Source: Octopus vulgaris
Lineage: Eukaryota
Direction of reading: 5' to 3'
Length of the DNA: 64,000 bases
Assembly (NCBI GenBank): GCA_951406725.2
Contig: OX597817.1
Span: 153,078,001-153,142,000 of the forward strand
Below, piece after piece: positions 52,879-64,000 of this stretch. The notes under the pieces were generated by a model. The model saw only the letters and a list, made by a program, of their open reading frames with translations. It had not been told where the DNA came from and did no database searches. A program made the position numbers and the translations under genes. The stretch's first letter is position 1. The number at the start of each line of letters is the position of its first letter.

Positions 52879-53023
52879 TAAATGTAATGGTGCGAAATTG
52901 TGAAGATTTAGTGCCGATTACTGGTGAGGGAAGAGCGTATCATCACGTGTTTGATTTTTCTGTGTGTTCCTTGTGTGTAATCTTTTACCCTTATTCCCAT
53001 ACATACATACATACATACATACA

Positions 53024-53057
<34 letters not shown>

Positions 53058-53172
53058 CATACATACATACATACATGCATGCATACATACATACATGCAT
53101 GCACACATGCATACACACACACGCACACATATATATATACATATATATGCGCACGCACATACATTCATGCAT

Positions 53173-53203
<31 letters not shown>

Positions 53204-55245
53204 CGCACACACCATATATATAAATATAGCTAGAAAGGTAAGTGGCTATCGAATATGTTGGGTTGGTTTGATAGGGAGTTAAGCGTATTGGCTGTTGGAT
53301 TAATAAAATAGCTATCTGCCTATCTATCTTATCTTAGCAGATATAACATAGAGAGATAGATTACATAGCAAATTTATATGATTGTCAAATATATTACATT
53401 ACAAAATTTTATTTCTCAATATTGGGTTCTCGACACAAATTGGATATATTTCAGAAGCGTATACAATTGATTAAAAAAAAAATGAAAAAGAGAAAAAAGG
53501 AAAGAAAAATACATAGAAGTAACTAAATAAATGAATAAATATATATAATATAACCCTCGAACGAAGCTAAAACAGATGTACACAAACATCGCATCATTGA
53601 ATTTTGACTCCGAAACCGTAATGTGATCTGCTTAAGTTGTATAGCTGCATTTCTAGAACGTTACCGGTGTGAAATAATTAAAAAGAAAATGTAAAAGGAG
53701 AGAGCACGAATAAAAGACGATATTGATCCTGCAAAGAAAGTTTCTGGAGGAGAAAGAATATGTAAATATAAATAGAGAGAAGTTTCATTCCGTCTTCCAT
53801 CAATCACCTATAATAATGTTTCTCCATCTACTTACCATATAGGTTTTTAGATCTTGCTATCTTTACCTTAAGCGATGGAAATATTGGTCGGCATTCAAAA
53901 GAAACCTGGTCTCTTTATTAGGCTTATATTCCTTACATCTTTTTTTCATCTTACATCGGTACATATTTATTATAAGTACCGAGCATAACTTGTATAATTT
54001 CTTAGCAGTGTAACTTTATGCTATTTTTAATAATGATGGTGGTGGTCATGATGATGATGGTGTTTACGACAACAGCAACAACAACAATAATAATATTGAA
54101 CTTGTTTTATAACTCATATTGCAAATTTTTTGCTTAAATCATATCTTGTTTTCTGCTAAAGTATGTTTCGGAATCCTCTTTTTGATGTAACCATGTGAAG
54201 ACTTTAATATATTCTTTCCATTTTGGTTAGTTTGCTGAGAAGTCTGCAACAGAAAGAACTACGCTTAATAAATATTTTATCAAATAAATAAATAAATAAA
54301 TAAATAAAGACAAAAAAAGCAAGCCAGCAGTGAAGTAAAACACAACTGCCCAATAAAACTAGTTGTGGTCAGCGTAGGCAGATATAATTTCATCAATGTT
54401 TACAAAATGGCCGCTAAGTGTTTTGTGCTGTGAGAAGACAAGAAAATTCTGTTTCGGATAAGGATTTTCATCAGAGGATAAAAAAAATGTAAAAGAAAAA
54501 AAGGAATTGAGTTACAAGCTTTGTAAATACGTTGATTTAAAATCTTCTAGTACACATCTCTTTTCTACTCCGAAAAAGCCAAACATCAAATATCTCACAA
54601 ACATAATACACTAATTTGTTCAGTTTTGTAAACTCCATCATACCGTTGGGTGAGTTACTATCGATGAAGACAATATTAAGTAAAAGGACGTTTATATAAG
54701 ACAGAAGATTCGCTTCGTTCAGACTAGCGGATGTTTTATTTAGTGGTTTAGTATGATAATTACAATATTAATTGCGTATTAAGAACGGGAGGATGGCATA
54801 AGCTGTGTAAGATTAACTAGTGGCCAAACAGAATTCAGTTACGTACAAGGGGCCTGACGGGCCGATATCAGTTTGTGCCAGTCACTGTCGAAACGTCAGG
54901 TGTTCTTGGACTTCATGCTACCGATTTCCTCCGCAAAATCGGTATAACTGCGGGCCGTCTGAGAAATTAGCTCTGCGAGGTTGAGTGGCTGCTGTAGCGA
55001 GTGTTGCTGGCCATTCTTCGCGGCAACACCTTCGCAATCATGTCCGCAGGGCGAGATTGAAAACACCGTTTCTTATGGGATCTATTCATTCTCCTCCTCC
55101 ATCTTCTGCTGCTTAATTCCACTCTTTTCTTTCTCTTTGTTTCCTTGTAACTAAATTGTGATTAAATTTTTATGTAAATAAACCTAATTGGTATTTATCT
55201 AACAAAAAAAAAAAAAAAAAGAAAAGAAAAAAGCTGTGTACCTAT

Positions 55246-55409
55246 AGGCGAGGGAGTGGCTGTGTGGTAAGTAGCTTGCTTACCAACCACATGGCTCCGA
55301 GTTTAGTCTCATTGCGTGGCACCTTGGGCAAGTGTCTTCTACTATAGCCTCTGGCCGACCAAAGCCTTGTGAGTGGATTTGGTAGACGGAAACTGAAAGA
55401 ATCCTGTCG

Positions 55410-55470
<61 letters not shown>

Positions 55471-55653
55471 ACGTGCGTCCATATGTTTGTGTGTTTGTGT
55501 TTGTCCCCCCAACTTCGCTTGACAACCGATGCTGGTGTGCTTACGTCCCCGTAAATTAGCAGTTCGGCAAAAGAGACCGATAGAATAAGTGCAAAGAGTA
55601 AGCTTCAGCATGGCCACAGTCAAATGGCTGAAACAAGTAAAAGAGTAAAAGAG
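55246..55653 (+). mobile_element. SINE family A with internal deletion
   Basis: Match to the other copies; lacks the GGGGTCGAT segment. Confidence 0.88.
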
Positions 55654-56342
55654 TACCTCAACGCTTTCAGTTCAAATCCACGCGATCAGTTTTTTTCCTT
55701 TCTTACTTCCAGGGTTGATAGAGCAAATACCAAGTATTTCTCGAACAGGATCATAGACAAGTGGTCGAAAATGACACTCTACAGCAAATGTGAAGCGCTG
55801 TTAGAAATTTTTATGTACTGTCCTCACTGTTTTTAATACTGGATAACTTTAGTGCTTCTTAATAGTTTCATTTCTCCAAGCTTAAAATTCCATAACTCTA
55901 TTAAAGCTGCACATGAGTAGAAATACAAAGTTAATAATATCCACGATATTATGCACAGTCATTTTTAAGGATATCTTTATGGATATTCAATAGAAAAATC
56001 TATAGTAATAACGTTAAAAATGAAATTATAGCACTGTTAACACACGGCAGGATACAGTATTGACTTATAAAGCTATAATATACTTCTTACCATGTTATGG
56101 TTACGAAATGAAATACTGTTGCCTTGCCAGCAATGAAACGTTGTAAATGTTATAAACACCGGTATTTTAATCTAAGGCAACGTCAACGAGATCAGCCACA
56201 TTCTCAGCAAGAACTGTAATAATATAAATCATATATTGAAAATATGAAAAACAGAATGCTTTATTGGAAAGCAGAATGTCACGTGTAGATGCGCATAGAA
56301 ATAAGTATATTAAACTCCGTCGGTTTCGTGAATGTGTGTAAA

Positions 56343-56560
56343 TACTCTTTTACTCTTTTACTCTTTTATTTGTTTCAGTCATTTGACTGCGGCCATGCTG
56401 GAGCACCGCCTTTAGTCGAGCAAATCGACCCCGGGACTTATTCTTTGTAAGCCCAGTACTTATTCTATCGGTCTCTTTTGCCGAACCGCTAAGTGACGGG
56501 GACGTAAACACACCAGCATCAGTTGTCAAGCAATGCTAGGGGGACAAACACAGACACACG

Positions 56561-56598
<38 letters not shown>

Positions 56599-56765
56599 CA
56601 TATATACGACGGGCTTCTTTCAGTTTCCGTCTACCAAATCCACTCACAAGGCATTGGTCGGCCCGGGGCTATAGCAGAAGACACTTGCCCAAGATGCCAC
56701 GCAGTGGGACTGAACCCGGAACCATGTGGTTGTTTAGCAAGCTACTTACCACACAGCCACTCCTG
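56343..56765 (-). mobile_element. SINE family A
   Basis: Match to the other copies. Confidence 0.92.
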
Positions 56766-57250
56766 GCTGAATATCATTCCACAATCATGTGTATACTTAA
56801 TATTATGATCCTGTAAAAGGCAGCAAGCTGGCAGAATGCTTATCACGCCGGGTAAAATGTTTGGCGGCATTTCGTCCTTTTTTCTTAAGTTCTGACTTCA
56901 AATTCCGTAAGAGGTCGACTTTACTTTTCGGCCTTTCGGAATTGATAAAACAAGTTCCATTTGAGTGTGAGTGGCTGAATATTCCACAAACATATGTATT
57001 CTTAATATTATGATCCGGCAAAAGGCCGCGAGCTGGCAGTATCGTTAGCAAGCCGGACAAAATACTTAGCGGCATTTCGTCCGTTTTTACGTGTTGAGTT
57101 CAAATTCCGCCGAGGTTGAATTTAACTTTCATCCTTTCGGGGTCGATAAAACAAAGTAGCCGTTGAGCGCTGGGGTCGATGTAATCGACTAAATGGCTTA
57201 CCGCCTCACCCCGAAAGTGCTGGCCTTGTGCCAAAATTTGAAACCAATAT
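56765..57250 (+). mobile_element. Old tandem duplication of a flank plus SINE family B
   Basis: GGCTGAATA..TTCCACAA..CTTAATATTATGATCC followed by a SINE B head occurs at ~56765 and ~56972. Confidence 0.75.
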
Positions 57251-58044
57251 TAGGACCCAGCAGAATCGGACAGGTTTGGGTCTTTGAATTATGATGGTGT
57301 TGGTGGTGATGGGGTCATAGTATACATAAGTATTCGGCCATACCTGCGTTTACTGGACACAAACGCTTGCTTGCGCACGCACGCACTCACCTTAACATAC
57401 ACACACATACGCTTTTCTTCTTGTGTTTTTATCTTCTAGTCAGGAGGAAACCAGTGCTCAATATTCGTTATAGGAACCCCGAGACAAGTGGGAGGGGGAG
57501 GGTAAGGTATCCTCAAACAAGAAGCCTGGACTGAATGCTAGCAACGGGGTTTTGTTTTCCATTATATTTTTTACTAAGTTACCAAAGCCTTAGGGATCAT
57601 AAACCAGATTATCCGGTTTTAATGGCATTTAAGCAACAGAAATCCCATTCCCCTTGAACCCAGAAAGGGTACGCCGGTCCGTTACGGGGTTCAGTGCCAG
57701 AAATTTTGAGGGAAGGGAGCACGTCCATTACATCGATCCCAGAACTTGAGTGATACGTTATATTATTGATCCTGATGGAGTGAAAGGCCAGGTTGACATC
57801 GCGGAGATTCGAACTCTGAACGCAAAGAGCCGGAAAGAAATGTCACAAGCGTTTTGCTCGACCTGTTAACGATTCTGCCAGCTTGTGCATTTTGTAACTG
57901 AAGGTACAGGTTAATGTCGAAACAGATACTGCTAAAACATTCTGTCCACTGCTCTAATGAGCACATGCACACATACGTACACAGACGAACACACAAATAC
58001 GCATACGCAAACACATTGACAAATACACTAAAATACCGAAACAC

Positions 58045-58162
58045 AAGCATATTTTTACTGTTCCACTCACAGATTGCACTTGCAATGTACGAATTAGCCG
58101 GTCGATTTCTCTTTCTGAAAATCCCATTTTATCCACATTCTCTTTAAGCATTTACTAACAAA
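58045..58162 (-). mobile_element. Fragment of RLE retrotransposon C-terminus
   Basis: Closely similar to 60066-60187; 'KENVDKMGFSEREIDRLIRTLQVQSVSGTVKIC'. Confidence 0.75.
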
Positions 58163-58479
58163 ACACACATATACGCATATATGTATGTTCTTTGCATGGT
58201 ACATTCGAGCTTTTCGAATAGATTTTGTCAAAGCTGTAACTAATTTTATTTGATTTCTTAAGAATTTTTGTGATAAATGCTTCGTTTCGAAGACGAGTTA
58301 ACATGTGACGTGATCCATCTATCCATCCATCCATCCATCCATCTACCCGTACGTCTACCCGCCCGTCCATCCGTCCGCCTGTCCATCCGGCATCAGTCCG
58401 TCTGGCGTCCGTCCGGCGTCCGTCCGGCGTCCGTCCGGTGTCCGTCTGTCCGGCGTCCGTTCGTCCGTTCGTCTGTCTG

Positions 58480-58569
<90 letters not shown>

Positions 58570-58592
58570 AACGTATATATTTGTGTATGTAT

Positions 58593-59850
58593 GTCATTAT
58601 TCAGTTTTATTTTAAGATTTCTTGTCAATATAGAAAAAACTGGTTTCTAACCTAGATCCGAGGCTCCTTCATTGGAATTTCAACATCAACTGGCTATTTT
58701 TGTATGTATGTATGTATACGTGCAGATTTGTTTGTTTTGTTTTATGTATATCTCCACATGCATATACTTGTATATCTAGACATGCTCATATATATTTAAA
58801 TGATAAACTTCTGGAAAGTTTTACAGATTTTTACAGTTCTAGTGATGGATTATATCTGTAGTCTTCGAATCAGCTTTCTCCTTTCTGGTTTTGAACAGTC
58901 TAATTTCTCAAGATTAGTATTTAGTCAGTGTGCTACATATCCCAGAATCCCAATAATTACAGGTATAAACCTGAACTTGCAATCTGGATAGAGTAGCTGA
59001 AGATTTCTCAATAGTTCAGCGTTAGTATTTTCTTTTTCATCGATCTTCATCTTTATCTTAACGTCCTCTGGGAAGCTAATTTCCACAGCTGTTCACAGTT
59101 TCTCTTTTCTATCCCAAATCATTATATCAGGTCTGTTGTGCTTACATCTTAATGAGGTTTTCACTGGGACAGCCACTAGCACTCCATTTTATCACGAGTG
59201 GCTATGGCTTCTAGCATACTGTGGGTTCTTATTTCTTTGTCCTCGGGGTTATTCTTCCGGCGAATTTCCTTATATAGTGTCCTAGCTACAATATCATGTC
59301 TCATCGGCAAATAATGCCGTGATGACATTTTCGGATAACTGCTTATGATGTAGGCGATATCTTCAGTGTTAACTCCACAAAGTCTGCATCGGTTATCACA
59401 TTTTACTGCTTTACCTGCATCTCTATCCCTTTTGTGCATCAGGTATTTGGTTGGTATTTCTCGTTCCTAGATTGCAAACGCATACCCTTCAAAGTGGGAG
59501 GTAGTTATCCGAGTATTGGTCCATGATAGACCGCTTTGATGATCAATGTTATTATCATCTCAGAGCTTTCTACTAACGTATCCATGCATAGTCTTCTGGT
59601 CGTATAAGCTCATCTTTTCATCTGATGATACGTTGCAGCAAAGTCGCGCGACCTCTTTGGGCATGTATTTAAAGTTATCAGACAAGGAATGCTGCTCAAG
59701 GAGCTGCCTTCCAAGTCTTATAATATTATCAGTCTCATGTATGCAACTTGGTCAAGGGATGCACTTCGACACTTGCAAGTTAAATGATGTTGCCGAAGGG
59801 ATATGATACGACATTCAAAGGCATTTTGGATCGATGTTAATCCTCTGCCG
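58593..59850 (-). mobile_element. R4/Dong-like RLE retrotransposon, 5'-truncated, between (CATA)n tracts
   Basis: 'GRGLTSIQ', 'CRLCGVNTEDIAYIISS..MRHD', PD/E endonuclease region; homologous to 10657-11800. Confidence 0.88.
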
Positions 59851-59939
59851 TATGTATGTATGTATGTATGTATGTATGTATGTATGTATGTATGTATGTA
59901 TGTATGTATGTATGTATGTATGTATGTATGTATGCATGT

Positions 59940-60345
59940 CTCTTCCATTTTTTAGTTATTATAAATCTTCCACTGAGGAGGGAGCCGATTTCCTACAAAG
60001 ATACAAGGCTTCATCTTTGGGATGTAGTTAACTGACAAATTCACATTTGGAACTTGAAAAAAGTCAAGCATATTTTTACTGTTCCACTCACTGATTGCAC
60101 TTGTAATATAAGAATTAGCCGGTCGACTTCTCTTTCTGAAAATTCCAGTTTATCCAGATTCTCTTTTATGCATTTACTAACAAAACTTGGTGCTCCAATT
60201 ATTATTGGTATGAATATGAATTCATAATCTGGATATATAAGCTGGAGGTTTCGAAGCAGTTGTCCATAGTTCCCCTCTTTTTCTTTGATTTTTAGAGAGA
60301 CATTTATATTTGCAGGACAGCTAACCTCTATGATGGCACATACCT
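59940..60345 (-). mobile_element. Second-subfamily RLE retrotransposon 3' end
   Basis: 'IIEVSCPA...NYGQLLRNLQLIYPDY.F.FIPIIIGA' with a distinct 3' UTR ending in (CATA)n. Confidence 0.8.
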
Positions 60346-61030
60346 TTGCCCCTCTGCCCCAACAACAATACCCACCCTGTTATGTGTACATTTGACCGAA
60401 GTTTTGATGGGAATATTTCACCAATTGGTGTTTATGAGAGTGTATTCCCTAATAGAGTGATTTTCTATGTATGTATGTATGTATGTATGTATGTATGTAT
60501 GTATGTATGTATGTATGTCCTGGATAAGACTTTAAACTGCTTCTGGTAGCGAGGCCCTGGTTCGAAAGACCCAGGGTTTAGAGGAGTGTGGAAGCACATC
60601 TTAGGCACTAGAGTTCTGAATGTTGATCTAATTCTTAGTAGTAGCACCGATCAGGGCCTCTGCTATATTAGGGGTTTCGTATCTAACCATGTGAAGATTC
60701 AAAACTGGTAAACTGTGCAGAAGAAACCTTCACGGTTGAATGGAAGGGAAGGTGACTGCCACAACGTATTGTCGAGTGCAAATAGCAACATGAAGCAAGA
60801 ACATCTTGGTCATCCACCGCACCTATCTCCATCCGCAATAGTTTTGACCTGGTGTTGACACTGGATTGTAGATGATCACGGACGAGAAAGAGAGTTTGAC
60901 TGTGCGCAACGCTTCTTCACTTTAAACAAAGCCATCGCATAAGTCATCAGTCATCCTAGGATGACTAAAAGATCCCCGTTTTTCCAACGGACGAATAAAG
61001 TGTATGTATGTATGTATGTATGTATGTATG

Positions 61031-61065
<35 letters not shown>

Positions 61066-61107
61066 ATATATGCATGCATGTATTTATGTATGTGTGTATG
61101 TATGTAT

Positions 61108-61205
61108 GACATTAATTCAGTTTTATTTCAAGATTTCTTGCCAATAGAGAAAGAATCCAGTTCCTAAGCTAGATCCAAGGCTTCTCCATTGGAATTTCAA
61201 CATCA
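61108..61205 (-). mobile_element. ~100-bp 3'-terminal module of the (CATA)n-associated RLE element
   Basis: TTCAGTTTTATTTCAAGATTTCTTGCCAATAGAGA...TAGATCCAAGGC...TTGGAATTTCAA. Confidence 0.8.
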
Positions 61206-61645
61206 TTCTTGCATGGATGCATTCATGCATGTATGTATGTATGTATGTATGTATGTAAGTATGTATGTATGTATGTACGTATGAAATGCTTGTCTGTATG
61301 TATGAATGTATGCATGTACGTAATGTAATTTGTGTATTAATGCTCTAAGCGACATTATTCAGAAAGGTCATTGGATCAAGTTTGGATGAAACCGAAAAAA
61401 AATAAAGGAACTACTTATAGATATTCAAGATAAAAATAGAAATTCTTGATTTATTGAAGTTATTTTCTGTTCGAGGGCATGTACACAAGCACCTAGCGGC
61501 AACTGAAAACGACTCTGAATGGGAAAGGGAGATAATCTCCAGTAATCACCATTTTTCTGGAATGAAAATACTGTCAAAGAAAAGACAGTCTGTTTTATTT
61601 ATGGCGACTATAGGACAGCTGTAAACACGAGTTTCTGTAAAAATA

Positions 61646-62202
61646 TATGTATGTGTATGTATGTATGTATGTATGTATGTATGTATGTATGTATGTATGT
61701 ATGTATGTATGTATGCATGTATGTATGAATGCATGTATGTATGTATGTATGTATGTATGCATGTATGTATGTATGTATGTATCTATGTATGTATGTATGT
61801 ATGTATGTATGTATGTATGTATGTATGTATGTATGTATGTATGTATGTATGTATGCATGTATGTATAAATGTATGTATGCATGCATGCATGTATGTATGT
61901 ATGCATGTATGTATAAATGCATGCATGCATGCATGCATGCATGTATGTATGTATGTATGTATGTATGTATGTATGTATGTATGTATGTATGCATGCATGT
62001 ATGTATGTATGTATGTATGCATGTATGCATGCATGTATGTATGTATGTATGTATGTATGCATGCATGTATGTATGTATGTATGTATGTATGCATGCATGT
62101 ATGAATGTATGTATGTATGCATGCATGCATGCATGTATGTATGTATGTATGTATGTATGTATTATGTATGTATGTATGCATGCATGTATGTATGTATGTA
62201 TG
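61646..62202. repeat. Long (TATG/CATG)n microsatellite
   Basis: Directly visible. Confidence 0.95.
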
Positions 62203-62305
62203 TCGTTCAGTTTTATCTTAAGGTTTCTTTCCAATAGAGAAAAAGCTGGTCTCTAACCTGTATCCAAGGCTTATATATTGGAATTTCAATATCAGCTGGG
62301 TATCT
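62203..62305 (-). mobile_element. ~100-bp 3'-terminal module of the (CATA)n-associated RLE element
   Basis: Same module as at 10657-10770, 58593-58700 and 61108-61205. Confidence 0.8.
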
Positions 62306-62879
62306 TGTATATATTATCATCATGGCCGCAGCTCTGAGCTGAAACTACAGTAAAAAAATAAATACACACACACACACGACAAGCTTCTTTCAGTTTCCGT
62401 CCACGAAATGCACTCACAAGGCTTTATTCGAACCGAGGCTATAGTAGAAGACACTTACCCAAGGTGCCACGCAGTGTGTGTATGCATACACGAACATATC
62501 CATATACATACTGGTGAAAATTACACACGTCATACAAATCAACGCACACACTGCAAGATACCCTGCCATACAAACACCTCCGCATACAGTATTACTCATC
62601 CACAGTATCACTTGTATTACAACATACCCTAAATCATACACAACCACATACACACTTGCACTACTGCCCGTACACGCACACACACACACACACACACTAA
62701 TACACACACTGTAACGTATTATCACGCAATCAAATACACCTAACAACTAGCACATACACTACCGTATGTACACTAATACACATACACACACTACTACTAC
62801 ATACAGACACTATCATACACAGTTACACACACACAGTACTATGCACAATACACACACTATGCACTATACGCAATACACA

Positions 62880-63473
<594 letters not shown>

Positions 63474-64000
63474 ACACACACATTAATACAAACGCATTAA
63501 CACACACACACATTACCACACAAACACTACCACACACATTAGCACATAAACACTACCGTACACACACACATATAAGCACACACACACATTAACACAAACA
63601 CTACCACACACACACACACGCAGTAGCACACAAGCACTACCACACACACACACGATTCTACAGAATCTATCCTCCACCCTCCAATAGACACTAACTAGGG
63701 TAGATCAATGACATATATCGGATTTAATCACAAAATATCCTGACAGACGGATACTGGATTATTGATTCCTACTGGTGGCGGCGATGGTGGAGGTATTGGC
63801 GGTAGTGCTAGTGGTGGTGGTAGTGTTGGGGAGTACTGGTAATGGTTGTAGTAGGGGTGGTGTTGGTAGTATTCTTGCTGTTGTTATTGGTGATGGTATT
63901 GGTGGCGTGTATTGTGGTGGTGATAGTACTGGAGGTGGTGATCGTGATGGTATTGGTGATGGTAGTATTGGTAGCAGTAGTTGTGGTGTTAGGGTTGTGA

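Noticed and set aside
54403-54414. YY1-like motif CAAAATGGCCGC as a promoter
   Set aside because: Single isolated motif with no supporting context.
60895-60970. Minus-strand CTGATGA beside a palindrome as a hammerhead
   Set aside because: Followed by GAAG rather than GAAA and no stem III register.

Overview
AT-rich, microsatellite-saturated animal genomic DNA with no supportable host protein-coding gene. The repeat families resemble those of octopus (inference from memory, not a database hit). Most of the ORF track is translated microsatellite or SINE sequence. Real content: (1) a near full-length but disrupted AT-rich Penelope-like element (PLE; RT plus GIY-YIG, Naiad-like) with a 147-bp direct terminal repeat at 14907-20074 (-); (2) a 5'-truncated Neptune-like PLE at 43766-45842 (+); (3) several short PLE-tail elements inside (TA)n arrays carrying minimal hammerhead ribozyme motifs with core variants; (4) R4/Dong-like RLE retrotransposon fragments tied to (CATA)n and (TAA)n arrays; (5) an RTE-like fragment with a PHD-type finger inside the RT; (6) a pogo/Tigger transposase relic, MITEs and a non-autonomous Helitron; (7) at least four SINE families, including a TSD-flanked five-unit SINE multimer. 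The most unusual signal is at 1489-1551: a complete hammerhead core whose three strands occur in an order that matches none of types I, II or III.
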